Source: Mobula hypostoma
Lineage: Eukaryota
DNA length: 64,000 nucleotides
Direction of reading: 5' to 3'
Assembly: GCF_963921235.1 (NCBI RefSeq)
Contig: NC_086108.1
Location: forward strand, 9,920,001-9,984,000
Shown: positions 24,624 through 37,882 of the stretch, one piece after another
Layout: every line of letters starts with the position of its first letter
Numbering within the stretch: the stretch's first letter is position 1
The notes under the pieces: model-generated
What the model saw: the letters and a program-made list of their open reading frames with translations, nothing else
What the model was told of the DNA's origin: nothing
The model's database searches: none
Made by a program: the position numbers and the translations under genes

Positions 24624-25043
24624 TTCTATCCACTTGCTGCCTCCTAAAGGTGCCTTCAGGCACTGTTGATTCAACCCTTAATTGGATAGTCATGGGAGTG
24701 GGTAGTTTTGAGGCTGTTTGGCTTCAGGAAAGGGATAAGACACAAAACGCCGAGAGCAATGCTACACTCAGAAATCGATAGCTGGCAGCCAACAGTGTCT
24801 GAGAAGTGACTCGCACAAGCAACAAAATCAGATTCTTGAAAGAAAAATCAATAGCAGACTAATATACAATCTTAGGATAAATTATCAACTGTACTTGGAA
24901 AAGATGATTTTCTCTCATCACTTCTGAAGTGTATTTTGATTTATAAGTTGAGTGAGAACGTACACAATTTAACATTCCAGAAGGAAGTCAGTCAGGGACT
25001 GAAGTCACAGCCAGAAATTCTTTCTCCTCAGACAGACCTGTTA

Positions 25044-26015
25044 CACTGGACAACAAAGATTTTGCTTCCTGAATACTTTTGGGTGTATTTTAAGGATTTT
25101 GGACTGCTGATCAAGAAAATCACCATGAATTTTTCCTAACATGCTCTTCTTTTTTGGAATTGCTTATATTTGTTATTTCAATTCACAAATCAATTCAATT
25201 AGAATATTGCCCACAATGTAAGCTAAAATTTCTTTCTGTCTGGTCCAGGCATGCCTGTGCATGCTTAGGCAGGGCAGATGCTGCATGGTAGGATGGGTTT
25301 TAGAAAGGTTATAAAGCATCACGCGCACACTGTTGCATTTATATATATATCGATCTGTGATCAAGTTAATGTGCACGCTCTACATGCATAGCATTATTGT
25401 ACGTACTCATTATAATAAAGTAATTGTATTTTCAGGAATATTTGTGGTATCAAAAGTCTCACCAATGTTGCAACAACCGTGATACTTCCTGTTATATTTG
25501 TGGTGAGTATATGCATAAATCACAAAGATGAATCATGCCTATGAGCCTATGAGCTCTACTTTGGGTGTAAAGTTGTTCACCAAGACAAAGCCTGGGCTCC
25601 TCACATCTGTGGAATTCCCATTTAGACTTCTTCGCTGCAAATCTTGGCGCTGTCAATGACCAGCATGGTGAATGGTTTCACCAGGACATTGCAGTCATGG
25701 AGAAACGGTATCAGGGCAGCTGGAATCCATCAGTGCTGGCTGATTATTGTTGGACACTTAAGCAAGAAGCCTCAGACACTGAGTGCAAATGAAAACCATC
25801 AACAAAACATTTTTAGCTTAGTAGAATTATTGCAAAGAATCAGCACCGCTATGTAATTAAACGTATTATACAGTATATTCAATAAAAGTTAATTCCTTGG
25901 TTCTCCAAATTCCTGAGTGATACAAATAGTCTGAAATTATATGTGTATTCAGCTTCAAGCAGTCTGTCATAACCAAAAAAAAAGAATTCTGAGGAAGCAA
26001 CTCTTTTGTCCAGTG
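25044..26015 (+). mobile_element. Internally deleted Chapaev3-like (CMC) DNA transposon
   Basis: TIRs CACTGGACAA...TTGCTTCCT, flanks TTA/TCA, and transposase remnants CYICGEY, YFGCKVVHQDKAWAPHIC and LGAVNDQHGEWFHQDIAVMEKRYQG.W...LADYCWTL. Confidence 0.8.
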
Positions 26016-26304
26016 TCAATTTGTACACTGCACAATCCCAGAAGAAATAAAACTAACTCATTACTATAGTGATGGTTAAAGGCTAATAGCCATCACCAGG
26101 ACAAGAAGAAGAACATCTTGGCACATTCACAGTTTAGAGTTTTGAGAATTCCGGAGCTTAATGCAGCTGAGGGTCTGGGAACCTCATTCTTCAAATACTC
26201 ACCTCAATCTCTACCTTCAGGGCCTACCTTTAATGCCTACTTCTCTCTGAGCATTTGGTCACCTCTCCCAACATCTCACTTTAATGCCAAAGTCACGAAA
26301 GATT

Positions 26305-26690
26305 CTCGCAAATTTTTACAGATGTACTGTAGAGCATTCTGACTGGTTGTATCACAGTCTGGTATGGAGGTGCCAACGCATAGGATCAGGAAAAGCTGCT
26401 GAGGGTTTCCGACTCAGCCAGCCCCATCACGGGCACTAGTCTCTTCAGCATTCAAGACATCTTCAAAGGGTGGCGCCTCAAAAAGGCAGCATCCATCATT
26501 AAGGACCCCCATCACCCAAGACATGTCTTCTTCTCATTGCTACCATCAGGAAGGAGGGACAGGAGCCTGAAGGCACACACTCAATGATTCCGGATCAGCC
26601 TGTTTGCCTCTGGCATCAAATTTAGAAACAGTTCATGAACCCATGAGTACTACCTGTTATTCAATTTTTTTGCATTAGTTATTTATTTTT
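26305..26690 (+). mobile_element. Rex1/Babar-L2 LINE 3' fragment; similar relics at 27826-28310, 34335-34990, 38500-39030, 40990-42530, 51080-51640 (-), 53360-53760, 54050-54430
   Basis: ESILTGCIT.WYG, IIKDPHHP.H.LF.LLPSG and R.RNSFFP motifs. Confidence 0.75.
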
Positions 26691-26695
26691 TGGAT

Positions 26696-27035
26696 AGTGG
26701 GGTGGGGATATGTCTCTATCAAAGGAGGTGTAGCTTACTCCTTCCCTCTGCCAGCCTGCAGGTTACCCGTGGGCAAGGCGTAGCACCTGCTTATCACCCC
26801 TACCCCCGATCAGGTGGTGGATGGTCGTATGAGCCCCTGGTGCATATCACCAGTCCTGGTTATGTGACCACTGAGGCCAGGCTGACAACGTCTGCAGAGT
26901 ATTGACCATGGCTGGGGTCACCTGTCCTGTAAAGCAGAAGAATGACAAATCACTTCCTTAGAAACATTTTGCCAAGAACAATCATGGTTATGGAAAGACC
27001 ATAATTACCTACGTTATACGATATGGCACAGTGAA
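26696..27035 (+). mobile_element. RTE-tail non-autonomous family B, full length
   Basis: Homologous to the reverse complement of 23263-23674. Confidence 0.75.
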
Positions 27036-29139
27036 TGAACAGTTAATTTTAATTATCATAATTTTATGGCTTTCCACTGTATATATTCCATGTCATCTGA
27101 GTCTGATCCTGAATAGAGGAGCAGGAAATGAGGTGTCTGAGTGTATTAATCCTTGAACGATTAGCAGAGTACACAGAACCTGGGAACAGCTTCTACCCCT
27201 CTGCCACCAGATTTCTGAATAGACTATGAGTCCGTGAATACTCCATGAACACTACCTCACTATTCTGTTCTCATTTTTGATGAATTATTTATATTTTTAT
27301 TATATACAGTAAAGTGCTAAAGTCTTAGGCACATATATGTAGCTAGGGTGCCTAAGACTTCTGTACAATACTGCAGTAATTTTATATATTGTTCTGTACT
27401 GCTGCCACAGTGATATGGGTCTCTGTTGTGGACGGGGACTGAGAGTGGGAAAGGGGACAGGGAGAGGGGAATCATGGTTGGGAAAAGGGGAAGGGAGAGG
27501 GGAGGGAGCAGGAAGCACCAGAGAGACATTCTGTAATGATCAATAAACCAGTTGTCTGGAATCAAGCGACCCTGCCTGGGTGTCTGCATTGCATTACCCT
27601 CACCTGCCCGTAGCAGTCCTTCTCTGCCACCTGTTCCCTTGCTCCTGCAGTTCTCCGCTTCACATTGACAAATACAGTCCTGAGTAAAAGTCTAGCTGTC
27701 GATACGTGCCCAAGACCTGTGCACAGCCATATATTTCTTATTGTAATTTAAAGCAATTTTTATGCATTCCACTACACTGCTACCATAAAAGACGAAGCTT
27801 TGTGACACTTGTCAGTGACTCTGATTTTGCACAACTGAGAGCATCCTGACTAGCTGCATCGCTGCCTGGTATGGGAACCGTACCTCCCTTAATCTCAGGA
27901 CTCTGCAGAGAGTGGTGCGGATAACCCACCACATCTACAGTTGTGAACTTCCCACTATTCAGGACATTTACAAAGACAGGTGTGTAAGAAGGGCCCGAAG
28001 GATCACTGGGGACCCAAGGCACCCCAACCACAAACTGTTCCAGCTGCTACCATCTGGGAAATGGTACCGCAGCATAAAAGCCAGGACCAACAGGCTCCGG
28101 GACAGCTTCTTCCACCAGGCCATCAGACTGATTAATTCACACTGATTTGAGTTTATTTCTATGTTACATTGACTGTTCTATTTATTATAAATTGTTATAA
28201 ATTACTATGATTGCACATTGCAGATTTAGACAGAGACGTAACGTAAAGATTTTTACTCCTTGTGGATATGAAGGACGCAAGTGATAAAGTCAATTCAATT
28301 CAATTCAATGTCTTGTGAAACCCCTATGATGCCAGCTCACAGCTGGTAGATCAACACGAAGGAGACATTAGCAAGTTTAGTGTTTGGGTAACGGACAGTG
28401 CATTAGACTGCACGGAATACAGAACAGTCTTACTCCATTAACATAACATGAATGGAGTAAAGGATCATGGGATGTGCTTTGAAAGTGGATAAGTTTCTTG
28501 ATCCACACACAGATTGAATGCAGATGGTAGATCAGGCAACCATCAGGCTCTTGAATCAAGTGGGATAACTTCACTCAACTTGACTTGCCCCATCTCCAAA
28601 CTTTTCCCGCAACCAATGGACTCTTCATCTCATGTTCTCAATATTTAATGCCTACTTATAATAATAATAATAACAATTATTTTTTGTATTGTGCAGTTCG
28701 TTGTCTTTTGCCGAGTGGATATTTGTCCTTCCTGTTGGGGGCAGTTTTTCATTGATTCTATTGTGTTTCTTTCTACTCATTGTGAATGCCTGCAAGAAAA
28801 CGAATCTCAGGGTTGTACTGTATATGGTGATATAGATGTACTTAGATAATACATTTACTTTGAAGAGGTTTAAGGTCATTCGAGGTCCTGTGTTGATTGA
28901 GTTTGGGAAAAGGAGAATCAGGATCAAATCAGGTTTAATATCATTGAATTATGTCATGAAATTTGATTGTTTTGTGGTAGCAGTGCATTGCAATACAACC
29001 TCACCAACCTTTGAGTGAAGAAGTTCTCCCACAGGTTCCCCTTAAGCATTTCACCTTTCACCCTTAACCATGCGACTTAATTCTACTGCTATCTCTGAGG
29101 TCTTACGTGAAAAATACATGAAGTTGAATCTGACCAGTA

Positions 29140-29695
29140 CTCACTGGAATTTGGAAGAATGGAATTTGAAAGGCATCAATAGAGTGGATGAGGAGAGGAT
29201 GTCTTCGATAGTGGGAGGGTCTAAGACCAGAGGGCACAGCCTCAGAATAGAGGGACGTCCATTTAGAATGGAGATAAAGAAGAATTTCTTTAGCCAGAGA
29301 ATGGGGAATCTGTGGAATTCGCTGCCACAGGTGGCTGTGGAGGTCAAGTCATTATGTATATTGAAGGCAGAGGTTGATTCTTGATTCACCAGGGTTTCGT
29401 CGCCCCCTTCACCAAACTGTTCCCATAAACAATTGACTTACTTTCAAGGGCTTCTCATCTCATGTTCTCGATATTTATTGCTTATTAGTTATTGTTATTA
29501 TTTTGTATTTACGCAATTTGTTGTCTTTTGCAGACTGTATGTTTGTCCTTCCTGTTTGGGGCAGTTTTTCATTGATTCTATGAGGAGAAGGCAGGGAGAC
29601 TGGAGCTGAGAGGGAAATTGGATCAGCCATGATGAAATGGTGCAGCAAACCCAATGGACCAAATGGCCTAATTCTGCTCCTATATCTTATGGTCT
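29140..29695 (+). mobile_element. CR1 3' fragment with an inserted LINE-UTR fragment (~29396-29581)
   Basis: TRGHSLRIEG and NFFSQR motifs; CR1 3' UTR resumes at 29582. Confidence 0.7.
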
Positions 29696-29948
29696 GATGC
29701 CCTTATGTGCTTCTGTAGCCTCTCTACAGGTTCCTTAAATTTATTATAGCCAGAGATGGTAATGAGGACAAGTTCCCATTACCTATTAAATGCTGTTAAT
29801 AGTGCGCACCTCAAATAGCCTCTGACCACCAAGTTCAGCTCCTGGCTACTAAAGGAACTGTTTCTATTGAAAGGTGGGTCACTGGAGCTTTAAAACCAGT
29901 CGCTTTGGGCAGACGGGGCTCGTCAACCGTGGCTGGCAGCTCATCTAG

Positions 29949-32900
29949 AAACATAGGAACATAGGAAACCTACAGCACATTACGGACCCTTTGGACCACA
30001 ATGTTGTGTCGGCCATGTAACCTACTCTAGAAACTGTCTAGAATCTCTCTACCGCATAGCCCTCTATTTTCCTAAGCTCCATGTTCCTATCTAAGAGTCT
30101 CTTAAAAGACCCTATTGCATCCGCCTTCACCACTGTCACTGGCAGTGCATTCCATGTATCCACCACTCTTTGTGTAAAAAACTTAGCCCTGACTTCCTCC
30201 TTGTATCTACTTCCAAGCACCTTAAAACTATGTCCTCTTGTGTTAGCTATTTCAGCCCTGGGAAAAAGCCTCTGATCTACACGATCAATGCCTCTCATCA
30301 TCTTGTACACCTCTATCAGGTCACCTCTCATCTTCCATCGCTCCAAGGAGAGAGGGCCAAGTTCACTCAATATATTGTTAAGTGCGTCCAGGATGGATTC
30401 CTGTCACAGTATGTGGACAGGCTGACTAGGGGGAATGCCATACTAGATCTAGTACTAGGTAATGAACTGGGTCAGCTCACAGGTCTCTCAGTGGGTGAGC
30501 ATCTGAGGGACAGTGACCACCGCTCCCTGGCCTTTAGTATTATCATGGAAAAGGATAGAATCAGAGAGGACAGGAAAATTTTTAATTGGGGAAGGGCAAA
30601 TTATGAGGCTATAAGGCTAGAACTTGCAGGTGTGAATTGGGATGATGTTTTTGCAGGGAAATGTACTATGGACATGTGGTCGGTGTTTAACATAATGTAA
30701 CATCTCTTGCAGGATGTTAGGGATAAATTTGTCCCAGTGAGGAAGATAACGAATAGTAGGGTGAAGGAACCATGGGTGACAAGTGAGGTGGAAAATCTAG
30801 TCAGGTGGAAGAAGGCAGCATACATGAGGTTTAGGAAGCAAGGATCAGATGGGTCAATTGAGGAATATAGGGAGCAAGAAAGGAGCTTAAGAAGGGGCTG
30901 AGAAGAGCAAGAAGGGGGCATGAGAAGGCCTTGGCGAATAGGGTAAAGGAAAACCCCAAGGCATTCTTCAATTATGTGAAGAACAAAAGGATGACAGGAG
31001 TGAAGGTAGGACTGATTAGAGATAAAGGTGGGAAGATGTGCCTGGAGGCTGTGGAAGTGAGCGAGGTCCTCAATGAATATTTCTGTTCGGTATTCACCAA
31101 TGAGAGGGAACTTGATGATGGTGAGGACAATATGAGTGAGGTTGATGTTCTGGAGCATGTTGGTATTAAGGGAGAGGAGGTGTTGGAGTTGTTAAAATAC
31201 ATTAGGACGGATAAGTCCCCGGGGCCTAACGGAATAGTCCCCAGGCTGCTCCACGAGGTGAGGGAAGAGATTGCCAAGCCTCTGGCTAGGATCTTCATGT
31301 CCTCGTTGTCCACAGGAATGGTACCGGAGGATTGGAGGGAGGCGAATGTTGTCCCCTTGTTCAAAAAAGGTAGTAGGGATAACCTGGGTAATTATAGACC
31401 AGTGAGCCTTACGTCTGTGGTGGGAAAGCTGTTGGAAAAGATTCTTAGAGATAGGATCTATGGGCATTTAGAGAATCATGGTCTGATCAGGGACAATCAG
31501 CATGGCTTTGTGAAGGACAGATCATGTCTAACAAGCCTGATAGAGTCCTTTGAGGAGGTGACCAGGCATATAGATGAGGGTAGTGCAGTGGATGTGATCT
31601 ATATGGATTTTAGTAAGACATTTGACAAGGTTCCATATGGTAGGCTTATTCAGAAAGTCAGAAGGCATGGAATCCAGGGAAGTTTGGCCAGGTGGATTCA
31701 GAACTGGCTTGCCTGCAGAAGGCAGAGGGTGGTGGTGGAGGGAGTACATGCAGATTGGAGGATTGTGACTAGTGGTGTCCCACAAGGATCTGTTCTGGGA
31801 CCTCTACTTTTCGTGATTTTTATTAATGACCTGGATGTGGGGGTAGAAGGGTGGGTTGGCAAGTTTGCAGATGATACAAAGGTTGGTGGTGTTGTAGATA
31901 GTGTAGAGGATTGTTGAAGATTGCAGAGAGATATTGATAGGATGCAGAACTGGGCTGAGAAGTTTGCAGATGAAGTTCAACCTGGAGAAGTGTGAGGTGG
32001 TACACTTCGGAAGGACAAACCCCAAGGCAGAGTACAGAGTAAATGGCAGGATACTTGGTAGTGTGGAGGAGCAGAGGGATCTGGGGGTACATGTCCACAT
32101 ATCCTTGAAATTTGCCTCACAGGTGGATAAGGTAGTTAAGAAAGCCTATAGCGTGTTAGCTTTCATAAGTCGAGAGATAGAGCTTAAGAGTCGCGATGTA
32201 ATTATGCAGCTCTGTAAAACTCTGGTTAGGCCACACTTGCAGTACTGTGTCCAGTTCTGGTCGCCTCACTATAGGAAGGATGTGGAAGTATTGGAAAGGG
32301 TACAGAGGAGATTTACCAGGATGCTTCCTGGTTTAGAGAGTATGGATTATGATCAGAGATTAAGGGAGCTAGGGCTTTACTCTTTGGGGAGAAGGAGGAT
32401 GAAAGGAGACATGATAGAGGTGTACAAGATAATAAGAGGAATAGATAGAGTGGATAGCCAGCGCCCCTTCCCCAGAGCACCACTGCTTAATGCAAGAGGA
32501 CATGGCTTTAAGGTGAGGGGTGGGAAGTTCAAGGGGGATATTAGAGGAAGGTTTTTTACTCAGAGAGTGGTTGGTGCGTAGAATGCACTGCCTGAGTCAG
32601 TGGTGGAGGCAGATACACCAGTGAAGTTTAAGAGATTACTAGACAGGTATATGGAGGAATTTAAGGTGGGGGGTTATATGGGAAGCAGGGTCTGAGGGTC
32701 GGCACAACATTGTGGGCTGAAGGGCCTGTACTGTACTGTACTATTCTATGTTCTATGGTCTATGTTCTATGTATTCTCATAAGGCATGCTCTCCAATTCA
32801 GGCAACATCCTTGTAAATCTCCTCTCTATAGCATCCACATCTTTCCTGTAATGAGGTGACCAGAACTGAGCACAATACTCTAAGTGGTGTCTGACTAAGG

Positions 32901-33080
32901 TCTCATATAGCTGTAACGTTACCTCAGCTCTTGAACTCAATCCCACTGTTGATAAAGGTCAACACGCCATACATCTTCTTAACAACACTGTCAACCTGTG
33001 CAGCAGCTTTGAGTGTCCTATGGACACGGACCCCAAGATCTCGCTGATCCTCCACACTGCCAAGAGTCTTACCATTAATA
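29949..33080 (-). mobile_element. CR1 fragment (29949-30370 and 32772-33080) split by a younger CR1
   Basis: gttcactcaa continues as tattctcataaggcatgc after the inner element; RGDLIEVYKM on the minus strand. Confidence 0.85.
30371..32771 (+). mobile_element. Young 5'-truncated CR1, ORF2 nearly open
   Basis: 328-aa RT ORF 30931-31917 ([14 protein letters not shown]), C-terminal ORF 31934-32581, and a (ttctatg)n tail. Confidence 0.95.
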
Positions 33081-35374
33081 TAGGAGAAGGAAAACTCTGA
33101 TCGGAAACTCCCACTGCCTTGGAAGGCTTCGGGTGTAAACCCCGAGGGAAAAATCCAGAGCTGGAGTCCCTAAGGCAGTCCTACATTGAGTTCAATGCTG
33201 ACTGGCAACTCCTGCGTCACTGCTGGTACCAAACTGTATTGGTCTCTGCCGTTCCTTTGGGTTCATCAGATGCGTGGAGAGGGAGAGCTTGCTCTCCGTA
33301 TCGTATGGTCTCTGTCGTTCCTTTGGGTTTTTCTGATGCATGGATGGGTGGGGGAGCTTGTTCTCTATATCGTACTGCCCAGGCTTGCATATCTAGACAT
33401 CGGGGACACAATATCCATAGTCAAATCTGACCAACGGATATTCAGAACTACCTACCCCTCCGCCTACCTTTGAATCGACTGCAAATTTGCAACAAAACTA
33501 TCAATTCCGTCATTAAAGAGAAATCTTCCCTGACAAATCTGTTGGAATTCTTCGAGGAAATAACAGGCAGGATGGACAAAGGTGAGTCACTGGATGCTGC
33601 TTGTTTAGATTTTCAGAAGGTATTTGACATGGTGCCATACATGAGGCTGCTAAGGAGGATAAGTGCCCCTTGTATTACAGGAAAGATATTGGCATGGATA
33701 GAAGACTGGTGACGCCTTTGGATGAGTAATTTTGTATCATTGTGTCTGAACCTAAAAACAGTTCTGGGCAAGACTGACTTGTGTGAATCAGAATCAGGTT
33801 TAATATCACCTCACATGTTGTGCAATTTGCTGCTTTGGTCTTATGTCTATACTGGATTAGCACCAAGCCTCTTCCTTCTCCTGGAGCTGGGAACCCAGCG
33901 CTGCACACTTTCACAGAATATAATTTAATTCTTCAGCTATTAACTCGACAAATGCACTGACAGACAAGTTCCTTCCAAATCTTTAAAAGGCATCATTTAT
34001 TAAAGAAACATGTATAATTCATTTTGGCATTAAATCTGCACTCATAAATATTAACAAGTAATAACGCATTATTATTTGAGTCAATGTTTACACAGATTCA
34101 GGCATGACAAAATATTCCTTTCAATACCTGGTTCTAAAGATCAGACATGGCCCTTACTGCCAGGTCAATGAGCTGAGACTGTGATTTAGATTAATGACCA
34201 GTGTTGTTAACTCTGGTGAGGGGAACGGACCTTTCTAATCCTTGCATCAGGGTTTTGAATTGAACAGCTTCAATAAAACTGCAGCAAAGGCATAAAATTG
34301 GTTGAGAAACCCTGGGCCTCTTGGCTAGCTTAGAATGTGGACTTCAGAAAGGGTAAGATGAGGGAACACATGCCAGTCCTCACAGAGGAATCAGAACTGG
34401 AGAGAGTGAACAGTTTCAAGTTCAGTGTCAACAACTCTGAGGATCTATCCTGGGCCCAACACATCAATGCAGCAACAAAGAAGACACAACAGTGGCTATA
34501 TTTCATTAGGAGTTTGAAGAGATTTGGTATGTCACCAAATGCACTCACAAACTTCTACTGAGGTACTGTGGAGAGCATTCTAACTGGCTGCATCACCGTC
34601 TAGTATTGAGGGGTGGGGCCCGTGGCAAGGGATCGAAGTAAGTTGCAGAGAGTTGGAAATGTAGTCATCACCATCATGGGCACTAGCCTCTGAAGTATCC
34701 AGGACATCTTCAAGGAGCGATGCCTCAAAAAGGCGGTGTCCATCATTAAGGACCCCCATCACCCAGGTCATGCCCTCTTCTCATTGCTACCATCAGGGAA
34801 GAGGTACAGGAGCCTGAAGACACACACTCAGAGATTCAGGAACAGTTTCTTCCCTTCCACCATCAGATTTCAGAATGGACAATGGACCCATGAACACTAC
34901 CTCACTGTTCTTGCTGTCATCTTGCACTGCTTATTTAATTATTAATATTTTTATTATACTGTGTATATTTCTTATGGTAATTTGTTGTATTTTTGTGTAT
35001 TGAAGAGAGTGCCCAAGTTGGGTGGACTTTCACTGATTTTGTTATGGTTATTATTCTATAGATTTATTGAGTATGCCAACAGGAAAATGAATCTCAACTG
35101 TGTATATGGTGACATAATTATACTTCGATAATAAATTTACTCTGAACTTTGAACCTTGCTCCCTAGAATCAAGTTACAAACTAGAATTTTTAGAGGCTTC
35201 GGAGGAATCATAGGGAGGTACAGACTGAGGTATAGTCTTATTGCAGTGTACTTCTGTTGTAAAGCAACACATTTCATGTCATACAGTATGGCAGTGATAA
35301 TGAACCTGATTCTGATTAGGAGATGACCTGATACCATGGTGGGAACTTGCTGTATCAACTTCCCAAACTCAATT

Positions 35375-36172
35375 AGAACAGTACATCGCAGGAACAGGCA
35401 CTTCGGCTCACAATTTGGGTTGAACCAATTATGTTAGGAATCAAATGGCCAGCTAAACCAATCTCTCCTGCCGACACAACCTGTCATGGTGGTCGCTGGC
35501 CATGACTTGGCCCAGGAGTGGAGGAATTGCAGACCCCCTTGAAGAGACGGAAACAAGAGGTTAGACACAGAAATACCACCAGAGCATTGGAGGCACGACC
35601 GAGCAACACTGCGAGACAAATCGTTCTCCACAAACACACCGGGATTCTGCTTACAGAGCACAATAAGATCCCCTTTAAATAATCCTAGAACCCTGGAAAC
35701 ATGTGCAGATCAAAATTAACTTGATACGATTAAACTGAAAGTACCTGGCCTTAACAACTCTAAAAATCAGTAAATACAGGTGCTCTAGAAACCCTGAATC
35801 CCAAATATCTACAGCAAGCCACAGAGGTCCGCAGGGCTGATGACACAACGTTCATATGTCTCCATTTTTCTCACGTTCGTGTGCCTATCTAAACGTCACT
35901 TAACAGTCTCTAATATATCTGCCTCTACCACCACCCCAGGCAGTGCATTCCAGGCATCCACCAGTCTCTGAGTAAAAAAACTTGCCCCTCACATCCACCT
36001 TTGAAATTACCCCCTCTCACCTTCAATGCATACCCTCTGGTAATAGACATTTCTACCCTGGAAAAAAGATACTCCCTGTCTACTCTCTCTATGCCTCTCA
36101 TAATCTTATAAACCTCTATCAGATCTCCCCTCAGCCTCCGACACTCCAGAGAAAACAACCCAAGTTTATTCA
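35375..36172 (-). mobile_element. CR1 3' fragment hosting the solo LTR
   Basis: KLGLFSLECRRLRGDLIEVYKIMRG. Confidence 0.85.
35482..35845 (-). mobile_element. 364-bp solo LTR inside a CR1 3' UTR
   Basis: TGTCAT...ATGACA termini and flanks CAACC/CAACG (5-bp TSD, 1 mismatch). Orientation inferred from a minus-strand tatttaaa. Confidence 0.7.
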
Positions 36173-37091
36173 AGTTGAAGCGGAAGCTGAACTTTGATTA
36201 TCATTCAACCACACATGGCCATAGCCAAACGAAACAGTGTTCCTCCCGGGCCAAAGGGCAAAACATAATACCGACAGCACACAGCACACTGCACATAGCA
36301 CAAATAGCACATATGGTTATGGCAGCAGAACAAAGAAAATAAACATAATATAGCCCAAGTCCCTGGTGGCATGGAATGGAGACTCATGGGAAGTTGTCCT
36401 GGTCCAGCTTGTTCTTTTCCTGAGCTAACACTGGAGGGCAGCACCAAGAGGATGGCCAGCCTCAGGACGAATTCCAGCTCTTGCACAGAGCCTTCTGCTC
36501 TCTCTGGCATCTCTGCCCTTGGGCAACTGCAATAGCTGACTCTGCAGCCCACAAGCCTAATCCTCACCACAACTGAGAAAGCGTAGCTCCCCTGTTGTCG
36601 GTGTCACCAAATGAGCCAGTAAACTGGACTTGCAGTCTGCTACATTGCCAATGTCCAACCAGGTCCTGCGATGCGAATAAAAATGTCCAAGGCAATCACC
36701 TAAGCTCTTGCGGCCCTTCGAGCCATGCTGCCCAGCAATCCCCTGATTTAATCTGATACTTTACATTGACAAATTGTACACAGAACAATTTACAATTAAC
36801 CTATCAACTGGTAGATCTTTAGACTGTGGGAGGAAACCAGAAGACCAGGAGGAAACCATGTGGTCGCAGGAAGAACGTGCAAACTCCTTATAGGCAGAAG
36901 TGGGAATTGAACCTGGGTCAACGGCACTGTGAAGTGTTGCGTCAACCATTATGTTACCAGTCTGCCTGGTTAAACACATGGATGGGTTATACTCCATCTG
37001 CCATTTCTCTGTCCATATCTGCAAATGATCTGTATTGTGTTGTATTCTGTACTGTACAGGCCCTTCGGTCCCCGATGTTGTACTGACCTTT

Positions 37092-37882
37092 TAGAGTCAT
37101 ACAGTGCAAAAACAAGCCCTTCGGCCAATCTGGTCATGCTGAAACCATTTAAACTGGCTATTCCCATCCACCTGTACTGGGACCATAGCCCTCCATACCC
37201 CTACCATCTCTGTATCTATCCAGACTTCTCTTAAACATTGAAATTGAGCTTGCATGCACCAGTTACGTTGGCAGCTTGTTCCACACTCTCACCACCCTCT
37301 GGGTGAAGAAGTTTTCCTTCACTTTCCACTTAAACTTTTCACCTTTCACCCTTAATCCATGAACTCTGGTTGTAGCCCCACCCAACCTCAGTGGAAAAAG
37401 CCTGCTTGCATTTACCCTATCTATACACCTCATAATTTTGTATACCTCTATCAAATCTTCCCTTAACTTTCTAATTTTCAAGTAATAAAGTCCTAACCTA
37501 GTCAACCTTTCCTTACAACTCAGGTCCTCCAGACCCAGCAACATCCTTGTAAATTTTCTCTGTATTCTTTCAACCTTATTTACATCCTTCCTGTAGCGAG
37601 TTGGCCAAACTTGCACGCTATAGTCCAAATTAGGCCTCACCAATGTCTTACACAACTTCAACATGACATCCCATCTCCTGTATCTACTACTTTGATTTAT
37701 GAAGGCCAATGTGCCAAAAGCTTTCTTTACAACCCTATCTACCTGTGATGCCACTTTCAATGAATTGTGGACCTGTATTCCCAGATTCCTTAGCTCTACT
37801 GCATTCCTACTGTTCACTGTGTAAGACCTACCCTGGTTGGTCCTACTGAAGTGCCACACCTCAGTGTTGTCTGCATTAAACC
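37092..37882 (-). mobile_element. CR1 3' fragment
   Basis: 198-aa ORF 37263-37859 with KTLVRPNL and FTQRVVRVWN. Confidence 0.9.

Noticed and set aside
30931..31917. 328-aa reverse transcriptase ORF as an active or domesticated gene
   Set aside because: Part of a 5'-truncated CR1 with flanking stops and frameshifts.
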